Notes: generated by a model from the sequence alone, not told the origin. A stretch of 64,000 bases of DNA from an uncultured delta proteobacterium (GCA_963745835.1 CAVUZH010000003.1:224001-288000); one strand, 5' to 3'. Counted from the first letter of the stretch, positions 19,478 through 30,012 are shown. Numbers and translations are program-made.

Positions 19478-20005
19478 TTGCACCGGGAAATTGGTGAATC
19501 GCTGATATCATCAGATGTGAGGGCGGCGCATGTGAGGACCTTAACGCCGGATGTTTTGAATGCTTTTGCTGGAAGTCCCAGTGAGGTGACTGTCACGGGT
19601 CCGAAGAGCTTTCTGCGGGCCGCTGGCGCCGACAATAATCCATTTGGTCGTTGGTGGTTCGCTGCAGAGACCCTCCTCGGGATGAACGAGTCCTTTGAAC
19701 GGATTCCATTGCCTCCGGGACAACGAAGGGAAGCGCTTCTCGGCCGAATCCGGGCGGCTACTGCAATATCGGTGGACTGGAACACGCTAAGCGAGTTCTG
19801 GATGATGCAGCTGCCAAAAGGCGAAGAGTTGAGTGGCTACACCGGACCCACCAGCCCGCAGGCGGTTTTTTCCGTTAAGCATGCGCTGCACAACGCCAAT
19901 CTCGTGCTGGCCGGTGGCGCGATCCAATATTATTTCCCGGTCATAAATCCGCTCTGGGTGAGACGTTTGGATCCTTCCTCGACCTCTAATAGAACCTCAT
20001 ACTGA
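19478..20005 (+). CDS. Hypothetical protein resembling ADP-ribosyltransferase/NADase-fold toxin domains
   Basis: Motif order FLR...GRWW...R..TAISVDWN...YTGPTSPQ...GGAIQYYFP; start codon uncertain. Confidence 0.5.
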   Translation: MHREIGESLISSDVRAAHVRTLTPDVLNAFAGSPSEVTVTGPKSFLRAAGADNNPFGRWWFAAETLLGMNESFERIPLPPGQRREALLGRIRAATAISVDWNTLSEFWMMQLPKGEELSGYTGPTSPQAVFSVKHALHNANLVLAGGAIQYYFPVINPLWVRRLDPSSTSNRTSY

Positions 20006-20246
20006 GATTGAGAAACCAGAATGGCTGAGACGATGAGATTATAAAAAATGTCATCGTGTTCATAATGCTCATCAAAAAATATGTAGGTGCAATCCATTAG
20101 CGAAGACAGCTACCAGTCTACTCCACAAGACTCTGATGAAATATGAGAAGACTAATCCCGAGACGGTAGTTCAGAAAATGAATAACTGTCGTTGTGTGTA
20201 TCACGTTGGCAACAGGTCGAATGCAAAAAAGCACTTGAGTCAATTG

Positions 20247-21041
20247 CTATGAGCATTCGTAAGGCACAAGCCGAAGCCTGACGTCAGGGTGTCGATTGAC
20301 TGCATAGACCAAATCGGCCCAATGTAGCTTGCCTATAACGAGCTGGACCTGCGTCTCCTGCCGCGCGAGTGCGACGGCGAGTGCTGTTTGGAGAGCCAGA
20401 AAGCTTCGTTCCGGGATAATACCTGTGTGCCAGAGGTTCAAACGCGTTACCTCTTCCTGGAGCAGCTTGGCAACTTCTATTTTATTTGTCTCCCTATCTG
20501 TACTCCCGGGCTCTTTTCCGAGTTCAACCGCTTTGCCGGCAGATTTGCCCAGCTCTTTTACGACCCAGCCTGCCAAATCATTTAAAAACTTCACTTCAAA
20601 ACCATAGACGAACAGGTTTTTTTGACTGGCCAAGATCCATCTCGACTGGATCCGATCGCTGCGGGGCACCTCTGAAACCGCGATAGATGCGGGTTTATCA
20701 AACGTTCCGGCAAAATAAAATCCTTCAACGACCACAGCGGGGACGCCGTTTTCGGCGATGCTAAGGACGGTGGAAACGATGCTTTCCTGACATGCAGCAA
20801 CCTTGCCCATGTCCTGAATTTCGCGCCGTTTTGGATCGGGATGTTCATGGATCTGAAGAATTACATGGACGGTCACTGGGAATTCACTCAACCGTTGCTT
20901 CGAGACAATGCCCCTGGACTCAATCACTGTCCCTGCTTTCAGAGGCGTTGCGGTGGCGCTGGAGCGTCCGGTCAGAAGCAAAACTAGAAGAAGGAGTACG
21001 GCTCTGGAACTGAACGCTATATTGAGGGCGATCACGTTCAT
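20247..21041 (-). CDS. Secreted protein, EreA/ChaN/TIKI-like fold
   Basis: Signal peptide; VHVILQIHEH..CQESI..AVVVEG..ERSF..VQLVIGKLH pattern; GGAGG RBS. Confidence 0.55.
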   Translation of the reverse strand: MNVIALNIAFSSRAVLLLLVLLLTGRSSATATPLKAGTVIESRGIVSKQRLSEFPVTVHVILQIHEHPDPKRREIQDMGKVAACQESIVSTVLSIAENGVPAVVVEGFYFAGTFDKPASIAVSEVPRSDRIQSRWILASQKNLFVYGFEVKFLNDLAGWVVKELGKSAGKAVELGKEPGSTDRETNKIEVAKLLQEEVTRLNLWHTGIIPERSFLALQTALAVALARQETQVQLVIGKLHWADLVYAVNRHPDVRLRLVPYECS

Positions 21042-21357
21042 AAAACCTCCGAAGGCGTCATCCGCCTAAACGCGTGTTGTATAGATACGCCGCAGAGTGG
21101 AGTACAGCAACCGGGAGGCCTCTTGCTAAGACGCTTATAAATCCGAGAAATGTCAGAATATAAAACTCCGCAAGGCGGGGTGTCTTCTCGACGCCGCGGG
21201 TGGACGTTTGATCTCTAATTCACCGGAATGATCTTACCTTGTCCGTTCCACGATGAATCTGCCGCCAGATGATCTCATTCGGTGGCGTATCTCGCTGTGT
21301 GCAACTCGCATTAAGTGCTTTTCTTGACTGGTGAACTGTGCTACATGCCAGGCTGTC

Positions 21358-22128
21358 ATGGCACAGGAAAACCTACGGGAAACGTTGGGGCTCGAACAAG
21401 TTGTGGAACTTCGCGAAAAAACGGAGAAGATTTCGAGATCCTTGCTGGGGCAGCTTAGAGATTACTTGGACACGCTACGGCCCTTGTTGGCGCCTGCGCG
21501 CGTGTTTGGCAAGCACGTGCGGTCACCGTTGCGGGAAGATGTTCCCGACGCGGAGAGTGCTGTCAAAAAGTTATGCGAGAAATTTAACGGAATCTGCGCC
21601 AAGCCATTTTCCTTGCCACCTAATTTGGGCAATGACGCGGTAGCGGATCTGGACGGTCGCCTGGAGCTCTATCCTTGGGAATATACCCATGAGGCGAAGG
21701 ACCACGATCAAACCAAAACTATCACGGTATCCTCACCGGTAAGGCACGTACTCACGTACAAATCCTCCTATTCGCTCTCGCAGATCAGATTGGCAGTTTC
21801 CGGAAAAGGGGACCGACGACAAGACGATATTCGGGAGTTTCTAGTCGCCGCATTAGCGATGCAGGCTGCTCTTGATAAGTTCCCCGGGCTTGTGCGGCTT
21901 TTGGAAGAATTGCGCTACCATGTTCAAGTCGAGAAAAACCCGGCTCTCGGCGACCTTCCTCTCGTGGTGATTAGCTCGTCGGTTCCTTCCTTCCGCCCGT
22001 CTGATCAAGTGGTTTTGGCTACGACCAGATTATCCGGTGTACCGGCATTTATCGAGCTCATCGATCTGGACTCAATTCACCGGCTGCAAGATCCGTTGAA
22101 ATCTCGACTAGAGGAAGCGCTACGCTAA
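21358..22128 (+). CDS. Conserved-looking hypothetical cytoplasmic protein
   Basis: Intact 256-codon ORF with normal composition; no recognisable domain. Confidence 0.75.
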   Translation: MAQENLRETLGLEQVVELREKTEKISRSLLGQLRDYLDTLRPLLAPARVFGKHVRSPLREDVPDAESAVKKLCEKFNGICAKPFSLPPNLGNDAVADLDGRLELYPWEYTHEAKDHDQTKTITVSSPVRHVLTYKSSYSLSQIRLAVSGKGDRRQDDIREFLVAALAMQAALDKFPGLVRLLEELRYHVQVEKNPALGDLPLVVISSSVPSFRPSDQVVLATTRLSGVPAFIELIDLDSIHRLQDPLKSRLEEALR

Positions 22129-22442
22129 ACTTCACACGCTTCCTGAGCTTCGCATTGGCACAGCCTGTGAATCAATAAATTCTTTCCCCCGAAAAGATGG
22201 TTGTTTAGGACATCTAGCTGACTATGATTGGTTTCGTCCTATCTGTGACTTGTAGGGCGTTGGCTATATCACTGATATCACAATCTGGTTGGAGCTCTGA
22301 ACTTGCTCGGCTTGATGAAATCAGCACGATAATTGCGTAGCAAACTCCTATGTATGTTGATGTAGCTTTTGCATTTAGTTGGTACACGGCTTCCGCGCAT
22401 GGGCGCATGCTAGCTGGTTACGATTGCTGCAGGAATGGACTT

Positions 22443-24342
22443 ATGAAGTATTGCCGTATGCGAAAGAAAATATCCGGACGATGTCTCGGCTGTGAGCATG
22501 ATGGCGTCACACTCAAGACTACGGCAGTAGTAGAAGATCCTCTTTTAGGAAAGACAATCAGGGGCAAATACCGGGTTGTAAAAAAACTGGGTGCCGGTGG
22601 AATGGGCGCGGTCTATCTTGCGGAGCAATTAAGTATAGGCAGAAGAGTCGCGCTCAAAGTACTCCAACGGGAATTTGCAATGAATGATGAATTCATTAAG
22701 CGTTTTCATCAGGAAGCGCGACTTGTCGGCAGCCTTAACCATCGACATGTCATTACAATTTATGACTTCGATCAGGCCGACGACGGTAGCCTGTTCATCG
22801 CAATGGAATACGTCGAAGGTCGTAACCTAAAAAGTATCATTCATGAAGGTCCGCTAAAGCTTTCTCGAGCTCTGCGGTTTGCCGTGCAAATCGCTGAGGG
22901 ACTCAGCGCCGCTCACCGCGCTGGCGTAATCCACCGCGATATCAAACCTGAAAACATCATGATCCTGCAGGGACTGGAAGAAGTGAGAGTCATGGACTTT
23001 GGGATCTCTCGGCTTCGGGATACAGAAACGCTAGATCGACTTACACGACCGGGGATGATCATGGGGACGCCGGCGTACATGGCACCCGAGCAGATTGAAG
23101 GGCATGAAGTCGATGAAAAGTCGGACATCTACGCGTTCGGTGTCGTACTCTATGAGATGCTCACGCGGCGAAACTCCATTTAAAGCGCCTACACCTACCG
23201 CTCTCCTGATGAAGCATATTAAAGAGTTGCCGGTGCCATTACGGCAACTTCGCGCGGATGTGCCGGGCGGGGTCGAGCATTTGGTAATGCAGACTCTGGA
23301 GAAGCAGCCGGAGCGGCGGCAAAGCGCTATGGAAGAGATCGCATCGAGCTTCGCAGAATTGAACGAGTGTTTAAAGATGAGGTTCCTCAAACACTCATTA
23401 TTCCTGCGCCTGGACAGATGAGAAAGAGAGGTCTCGTGTTGGCTGGCAGTATCGTGCTCACGGTCGTCGTTGCTGGCTCGGTTGGTGTGATCGGGAAACG
23501 GTTCTATGGGGAGGTCCCGTCGTCGACTTCTTCGGTGCGGATCCGTTCCTTGCTCGTGCGAGCGCACAAGACCGAGCTCGAACCTGGCGAACGCGTAATA
23601 TTAAAAGCCTGGGCGCACTATAGCGACGGAAGCGAAAGGGAAGTTGACCAAGAGATTCATTGGATGAGTACTAACCCGTCGGTAGCAGCTATCATTGCCA
23701 ATGGTGAAATGCAAGCTGGTGAGCCAGGAGAGAGTGAAATTAGTGCGCGATTGGGCGACATCACAGCGCCAGGCGTAAAAGTGTTGGTCAAAGGCTCTCA
23801 GACTCTTCCTCTGCCAGCTCGCGTGGTTGCCTTGATTGGTTACGGCTATCCACGAGCGCTTCACGTCAATGAGAGAAAAACGCTAAGCATTACAGCTAAA
23901 TTTTCTGATGGGACGGAGAGAAAGCTGACTGAAGGAGTGCAATGGGAGAGCAGCGATCCAACCGTTCTGAATGTTAATCCGGAAGGCGAGGTCGAAGGTT
24001 TGAAAAACGGAACGGCCACACTTGCTGCCAGGTAAAAGATTTCAGATCGGAGCCAGTATCAATCGAGGTCAGCGCTAAAGAGACAAAGTCTAGACCCACT
24101 CCGCGGGCGAAGCCTCGCCACGACTCGAGCCTCCTCAGGGGGGCATGCCATTTCAGCCGCCCTCCGCCCAACGATTGACCGAAGCGCCCGCAGCACCATT
24201 GCCCCCACCTCGGACGGAACCTCCAGAAGAAGTCGTCCGACCCCATGCGCTGGCTGCTAAAGAACCCGTCGAGGTGCCCACCGCTCCATTGCCGGACACA
24301 AGCAAAATCATCTCTGACTATATTCGCGGGAGAGAGGGATAG
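22443..24342 (+). CDS. Hanks-type Ser/Thr protein kinase with TM helix, two Big_2 Ig-like domains and Pro-rich tail (PpkA-like); several frameshifts
   Basis: [42 protein letters not shown]; [23 protein letters not shown]; Ig repeats [11 protein letters not shown] and [11 protein letters not shown]. Frame breaks at ~23168, ~23368 and ~24032. Confidence 0.9.
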
Positions 24343-24498
24343 GAGTAAGTCGCGTCGATAGTTTGGTGTCCTTGAAATCGCAAGTCGTCAAGGTGTGACT
24401 GGCGGTTGCTGCTCGACGCGAAATTCAGAAATCTGCTGCCGCTCTCGAGGCTTGGGTGAAAGCGTTAAGCGAATTGTTTTATCGGTCACACAACAAGA

Positions 24499-25036
24499 CT
24501 ACCGAGTGAGCTTGATATCGAGATGAATTTCAGTAGCCTGTTTGATTTCAACCTCGCCCTCGTAAGGCGTGAAACCTGGCTTCCTAGCTTCCACTTTGTG
24601 CTGCCCCACTGGATAGCCCACCGGCTCGGAAGACCCGGAATCGGCGTCAATTTTCACCAGATGGCCGTCGACGAAGACTGCGGCATCGGATGGCTCGATC
24701 TTGACGGTGATGGACCCGGCGGGAACGACTGGATATCCGCTGAAGTAAAGTGAACCGCTTGCATCTTTGCCGGTGAAGGGCTGACGGTTAGGAATACGAC
24801 TGGGGGTAGACAATCACGGTATGATAGGGGTCGTATACCGGACGCCGTGCCCGTTGTGACCCGAACTGAAATACAAGGCGGCCGCGGGAGAATTTTTCCT
24901 TTGCGATGGGTTCAAGACCGCGCGAAACAAACTCTTGTCCCGGTCGAACGATGATCAGGTCCTGTGCCAGAGCGGGGAAGGAGAATAGGCCACTCAAAAA
25001 CAACTGCGTGACGCCTGATAATACCGCGTTCTTCAT
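24499..25036 (-). CDS. Secreted PEGA-domain protein, frameshifted near 24800
   Basis: Signal peptide (..FPALA/Q) in 24788..25036 and PEGA motif GSITVKIEPSDAAVFVDG..GQHKVEARKPGF in 24499..24813. Confidence 0.75.
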
Positions 25037-25050
25037 GACCTACCCTGAAC

Positions 25051-26127
25051 TTACTTGATCAGCGATTTTGAAATCCAGCCGCTTTTACCGTCTTCCGTTT
25101 GGATATAGTACCAGTCTTTCTCCTCCGCATTGATGGCAAGCTTGGTTCCTTCTTTTATTGTCGCTACGACTTTGCCCTGCGCTCCGGGCGCATCACGGAG
25201 ATTGGCTGTCTTGACCTTAACGACCGCGGCGGATGAGAGATCCGCTGCCGGAGTAGGGGCGGCAGTTTGTTTCGCGATCGCCGTTGGTTGGTTGGTGATT
25301 GCAGCGGGCGGAGCGGTTACGGCTTGGACAGCGCCGTGGCGGTAGTAAGTGCTTGGAGTTTTTTTCGAGATCTCCTGAACGGCATTCAGAATTGCAACCC
25401 GTATAGCTTTTTCGACCGGAGTCTTCTGCCAGACCCCGAGCCCTGCTCCACCGATAACGTGACCTCCCAAGCCTCCTAGCAAGCCACCTAAATTGAAGTC
25501 ATTTGCCTTGCCTTCGACAGTGCTGGAAAAAAGTAAGCGAGAGGTTTTTGCATCCACTATTTGGACAACAATTGCTACATGACTCTGCTGCACGCTACCG
25601 AGTGCGCCGCCGATAACGGCGCCCGGCAATCCGAAGCCGCCTAACAGAGTCCCGGCACTAGCTCCGGCAGAACCGGGTTCAAACTCCGTCACTGATCCTT
25701 TGATCAAGAGATCGGCGCCCTCGATCTGACCAATTGACGGCGCCGTTTCTTTTCTAACACGCCCGGTAGCGCCGAGGTCCTGTTCCATGAGAACATCTTG
25801 TAAACTCTGACGGTCGACGACGATAAAACGATTCGACTGAAGTAGACCGTCGTTCAGCATATCGGCCATACCGTCGCCGATTTCCGCAGTATACCAACCC
25901 GTTCTCCTGCTATATCCTCCACCTCCCTTGGCAGATTTGTCCGCAAATCGATAGACAGCAACACGCGCCTTGGGCCCGTCATAGGATTCGAGTTGAACCT
26001 GATCAATGTTTTGTTCGTTCCTCGAAACAACCTCTGCTGTCGGTTGACCGGGATTCTGCGTCATCTGTTGCGTCGCAGCACAGCCGGAGATCACCAATGA
26101 TAAAGAAGCAGCGAAAAGCCGATTCAT
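25051..26127 (-). CDS. CsgG/HfaB-family lipoprotein with C-terminal SH3b domain
   Basis: Lipobox ISGC; RVAVYRF..GMADML..L.QSNRFIVVDRQ.L..V..EQ..GQIEGADLLIKGSVTEFE; C-terminal ANLRDAPG..WYYIQTEDGKSGWI. Confidence 0.85.
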   Translation of the reverse strand: MNRLFAASLSLVISGCAATQQMTQNPGQPTAEVVSRNEQNIDQVQLESYDGPKARVAVYRFADKSAKGGGGYSRRTGWYTAEIGDGMADMLNDGLLQSNRFIVVDRQSLQDVLMEQDLGATGRVRKETAPSIGQIEGADLLIKGSVTEFEPGSAGASAGTLLGGFGLPGAVIGGALGSVQQSHVAIVVQIVDAKTSRLLFSSTVEGKANDFNLGGLLGGLGGHVIGGAGLGVWQKTPVEKAIRVAILNAVQEISKKTPSTYYRHGAVQAVTAPPAAITNQPTAIAKQTAAPTPAADLSSAAVVKVKTANLRDAPGAQGKVVATIKEGTKLAINAEEKDWYYIQTEDGKSGWISKSLIK

Positions 26128-26605
26128 GGAACACCTCCTGGATTACGCATGCACAAACTTTTAGTCGTCACGGCCTCCGAGCCTGTTGAAGATTCGCGGC
26201 TGACCTATAGCGGTCCTACGCAAGAAACGTGCATTGATGGAGATAGAAAGGCGGTAACCCCTCTAGAAGTCGTGCTGCAATCCGGAAGCGGCGGATTTAT
26301 TCGCAGATTGCAGAAAAGATTCGGCTAGTGGTCTGCTAAGCGGTTCGCAGCAGGAAAGAGAAGATTACAGGGAGTGTGACGTTTAGATACAGGGCGGTAT
26401 CCAAAGTTTACATACAGCTCGAGTCGGTTTACACATGAGGGCGTTCAGCCGTGGGTTTTAAAACCGTCTCGACCTGGTGGAAACTTTTGGAGCGCGAAAC
26501 AAAAATTGTATGGCTTTAGCTGTGGGCTGACTGACATTACTGCTCGTCAATTAGATTGGCGAGGCGAGTCGCGCTAGTCGATGAGGCAACAAAAAAGCGA
26601 GTCGC

Positions 26606-27451
26606 TCATGATTCCAGTGATTTCAATTTCTGCTTCGCCTGGGTCGCTTCCGGTGTCTGCGCGTACTTCTCGACGACTTCCTGGAGAAGTAATCGTGCAT
26701 TTGTTTTTTCGCCCAACTCGGCAAAGGCGTAAGCTTGCTTCAAAAGCGCTGCCGGAAGTTTTGCTGCTTCGGGATACCTCGTGCGTACTGCGTCAAATTC
26801 GATAATTGCCTGGTCAAACTCTCTCAACGCATAATGACTTTCGCCGATCCAGTATTGAGCGTTGCCCGCAAGGGTGCTTTTAGGGTGCTTTTTTTGAAAG
26901 TCTTTGAAACGCGCGATGGCGACTCGGTAATCCCGCTTTTCTAAATTTCGCCAGGCAACTTCGTAGTCTCTCCTAATCGTTTCATTTTCCGCAGAGGCCA
27001 TCTCAGTTGCCTCTGCCGGCAATTGTAAGCCTTTACTCGCTTCTTTTAACTCGTCTTCACGCAGCTGCAGCTGTTCTCCCTGAGCTTTAAACCCTTCTGC
27101 CAGCTTGGCAAGTCTCGCTTCGAGATCCTTTACCCGCTGATCGCCCTCACGGCTGGTATGGTCGATCTGCCGGCCGACTTGATGGCGAGTTTCTTCAATC
27201 AATTCTTTCAAACTGCTGATTTCTCTTTGCACCTGCTGCAGATTGGCTCCAGTATCCGCAAGGCTGGCTCGGGTCGCGTCGATCTCTTTTTGCTGATTGA
27301 CATTGTCACTCTGAATGCGACGCTGTTCTCGCTCGAGCACCTCCACTCGTTCCGGTTGTACGCAGGCAGAAACACCTGCAACTGTGAGGGTCGCGGTGAG
27401 CATAACACGGACTCTAAAACGCTTAAGCGGGTCGGAATATCTTAAATACAT
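26606..27451 (-). CDS. cpoB: Tol-Pal system protein CpoB/YbgF
   Basis: N-terminal coiled coil, then TPRs: YRVAIARFKDF..HPKSTLAGNAQYWIGESHY..AALLKQAYAF; directly downstream of pal. Confidence 0.85.
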   Translation of the reverse strand: MYLRYSDPLKRFRVRVMLTATLTVAGVSACVQPERVEVLEREQRRIQSDNVNQQKEIDATRASLADTGANLQQVQREISSLKELIEETRHQVGRQIDHTSREGDQRVKDLEARLAKLAEGFKAQGEQLQLREDELKEASKGLQLPAEATEMASAENETIRRDYEVAWRNLEKRDYRVAIARFKDFQKKHPKSTLAGNAQYWIGESHYALREFDQAIIEFDAVRTRYPEAAKLPAALLKQAYAFAELGEKTNARLLLQEVVEKYAQTPEATQAKQKLKSLES

Positions 27452-27461
27452 ACTGACCTTC

Positions 27462-28097
27462 TCAAGAGGCAGGGCGGGATGGAACCACGACAAAACGAAC
27501 TCGCCGATTTTGCTGCCAACAGCTCTCATTGCTAACGATGCAAGCCGGGATCTCTTCACCATAGCTGATGGTCGATATGCGATCGGGTGTTATTCCAAGA
27601 GTCACAAGGTAATCTCGAGTGGCTTGGGCTCGTTTGGCTGCGAGGGCCAAATTGTATTCACTGGTTCCCCGTTCGTCACAGTGGCCTTCGACCTCTATCC
27701 TCGTCGACGCATTCCCCTTCAGCCATTCAGCATTACTCCTAAGAGTATCGCGCGCTTCAGCCGTGAGGTCGTGCCTGTCAAACTCAAATAGCACATCCTT
27801 GAGGGGACTGGATGCCGCCGTCTTCGTGGGTTTTCCGTCTTTCAGCTGTTCCAAGCTCGAGGGCGACGTTGCCGGCGGTTTCTCAACTTTGGACTGGTTC
27901 GCAGTCGAACCGGACGACAAGTTCGACTCGCGCGTTGCATCAGCCCGCCCCTCACCTGAAGGTTGAGAGGAAGAGGGATTAGCGGCGCCGGCCAAACCAG
28001 CATCAGGCTTCGCGCTGGACGAACCACAAGCCGTGGCTGCAGCAATGACAGCACTCAAGAAGATGTAGCCGACGATCTTGTAGTAGAACATTACCAA
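27462..28097 (-). CDS. pal: Peptidoglycan-associated lipoprotein (OmpA-like domain)
   Basis: Lipobox ATAC; VLFEFDR..IEVEGHCDERGTSEYNLAL..RA..ISYGEE.P..NRR. Confidence 0.9.
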   Translation of the reverse strand: MVMFYYKIVGYIFLSAVIAAATACGSSSAKPDAGLAGAANPSSSQPSGEGRADATRESNLSSGSTANQSKVEKPPATSPSSLEQLKDGKPTKTAASSPLKDVLFEFDRHDLTAEARDTLRSNAEWLKGNASTRIEVEGHCDERGTSEYNLALAAKRAQATRDYLVTLGITPDRISTISYGEEIPACIVSNESCWQQNRRVRFVVVPSRPAS

Positions 28098-28218
28098 CTC
28101 CCTTCAGCCAGAAGTTATTCTACAGGAAGGATAGCCGCCGATTTAGCATTTAGGCCAAAAGCTGTCAATCAATGAGTTGCTTGTCATCTAACTGAAATTT
28201 TGCTGATCGATCGGCTGA

Positions 28219-29065
28219 TCAACGCCTTTGCTCACCGCGCCGTTGTTGACTTTCGTCACGGCGTGCGTTGTCGATCTCTTCCTCGAGCCGGAGACCTATC
28301 CATTCGCTTGTAGAAATGATTTTGGCCACATCCGGTTCACGGCTGGAGAGAAGGAGAAGAGCCGCTTCCATTTGCTTGCGGATTTCTCCACTCGGGTCCC
28401 AAAATTTGCCTTGTGGACTAGTATAAACTACCGACTCTAAATCACCACGGAGAGCGGTTAACGCCGAGCTGAGCTCTTTCGCGCCTTGAGCGGGATTACC
28501 CGCCGCCTTTTGCTTGATCGCATTCTCGGCCGCAAGTTTTCTAATCTCATCCAACAGAACACCATCAGCTCCACTGCGTTTTGAGCTGGCTCTCTGCTTC
28601 TTTGGTTAAATCGAATGAAATTCCTCGTTCCGCCACTAGAACAAGCATTCGTTTCGGTGCGACGCCTTGGGTCAAGGCGTATGAAACGTCTTTAAGCGTA
28701 AATGGATTTTTCGGAACTGGCGGGATGGGTTGCCGCAGCAAAGTTAAGCCGAGATAAAGCCTTGCCAAATGGTCTTCGCTCGACTGTGATAGAGCTTTCT
28801 CAAGACTCTCTTTACTTTGGGAAAAATCACCTAGGGTGTACTGAGCCCGTCCGAGATATGTCCAGATACTTTGTCGGAAAGCGACCGATGCCACTTGGTA
28901 ATTGGAATCTTGCTCTGCGACACGTTGAAATTGATTCACCGCAGTAGCAGCATCGCCTCTGATGAGTGCTTGTCGTCCCGATGTGAATTGTCCCTGTGTG
29001 TTGAACGCACCACAGGCAGTCGAAAAAAGCAGAAAGCAGATGCGCAAGAGGTTAACGCTGCTCAT
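28219..29065 (-). CDS. TPR lipoprotein with internal GV..KR..RGI.F helical domain; one extra A near 28580
   Basis: Lipobox STAC, TPR helices (YLGRAQY, ARLYLGLT). Removing one A gives ..QLKRSGADGVLLDEIRKLA.., joining the two ORFs. Confidence 0.75.
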
Positions 29066-29136
29066 CTGTAAATATTGTCATTAGCGACTCGACTCATCAT
29101 GGCAGCATGCCGCGCTTGCCGGATTTGCATACAGAA

Positions 29137-30012
29137 TCATCTTGCACCGCCCTTTGTCTCACGAAAGATCCTGGTGAAGCCGATGACTTTGATACTGATG
29201 TCGAAGATGCCATCTTTCCTCGCCGGCAGAGGCGGCGACGGCTTATGCACGAACGGAACTCGTTGGCCGGGAGATATCTCCTTCTCGATCCTAAAATATT
29301 CCGCTCTACCGGGATCATCGCGCCCGGGATGAAAATCGTTGTTCCAACGCCATGAATAGAGAACCTGCAGATCGACTCCGTAGACTCCCTGGGAAGATCT
29401 ATTTACCAGTTCGCCCGAAACCTCGCCGTCTTGGATCGCGATTTTTTCCAGTGCTAAGACTTGATCGGCTGTTTCTTTCAGTTGGGAAGGAAGTTCGATC
29501 ACCTTCGGCGCGGAAGCATCGGGCTTACCCGATAAGATCGCTTTCTGCTCAGCTTTTGCAGTCGCCTCTGGTTTCCCTTGTGCGTCGCCGCTCTTGGGCG
29601 CTTGTTTGTCAGTGGTCGTATCAGCCTTGGTCGGAGGCTTAGCCATCTCGCCGGGCTCGGTCTTGCGCTGCTCCTTTGCTAATCCATCCGGCTTTGCCTT
29701 TTCGGCTTTGAGCCGATTGATTCTACTGATGACGGATGCGTATTCGAGGGACCGGATCACTTCCGGCCCTGCACCTAGCTTGCTGAACTTAAGCTTCAAA
29801 TCATCGGTGAGCTCAAAATCTATCCCACGTCCTTTGATCAGGTCTTCCATTCGTTTTTGTGCCACACCTCCGTTTAACAGGTTCTCAATGTCCGAGCGCG
29901 ACAGTTCTTGCGCGAATCCGGGCGAAGACAACCCAAGGACAATCAACCAACCAACTACGATGGACAGCTTTACAACCGTTTTCGAGCGGTAATTGCCTGG
30001 TAATTCTTTCAT
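29137..30012 (-). CDS. Secreted hypothetical protein (helical domain + linker + beta-sandwich)
   Basis: Signal peptide (..SPGFA/Q); helical domain LSRSDIENLLNGGVAQKR..RGIDF; K/P/A-rich linker; C-terminal VSGELVNRS..VDLQVLY. Confidence 0.75.
   Translation of the reverse strand: MKELPGNYRSKTVVKLSIVVGWLIVLGLSSPGFAQELSRSDIENLLNGGVAQKRMEDLIKGRGIDFELTDDLKLKFSKLGAGPEVIRSLEYASVISRINRLKAEKAKPDGLAKEQRKTEPGEMAKPPTKADTTTDKQAPKSGDAQGKPEATAKAEQKAILSGKPDASAPKVIELPSQLKETADQVLALEKIAIQDGEVSGELVNRSSQGVYGVDLQVLYSWRWNNDFHPGRDDPGRAEYFRIEKEISPGQRVPFVHKPSPPLPARKDGIFDISIKVIGFTRIFRETKGGAR

Noticed and set aside
26215-26235. Sigma-54-like promoter upstream of the CsgG-like gene (TGCACG-N4-TTGC, minus strand)
   Set aside because: Lacks the invariant GG at -24; a similar candidate near 22156 lacks the -12 GC
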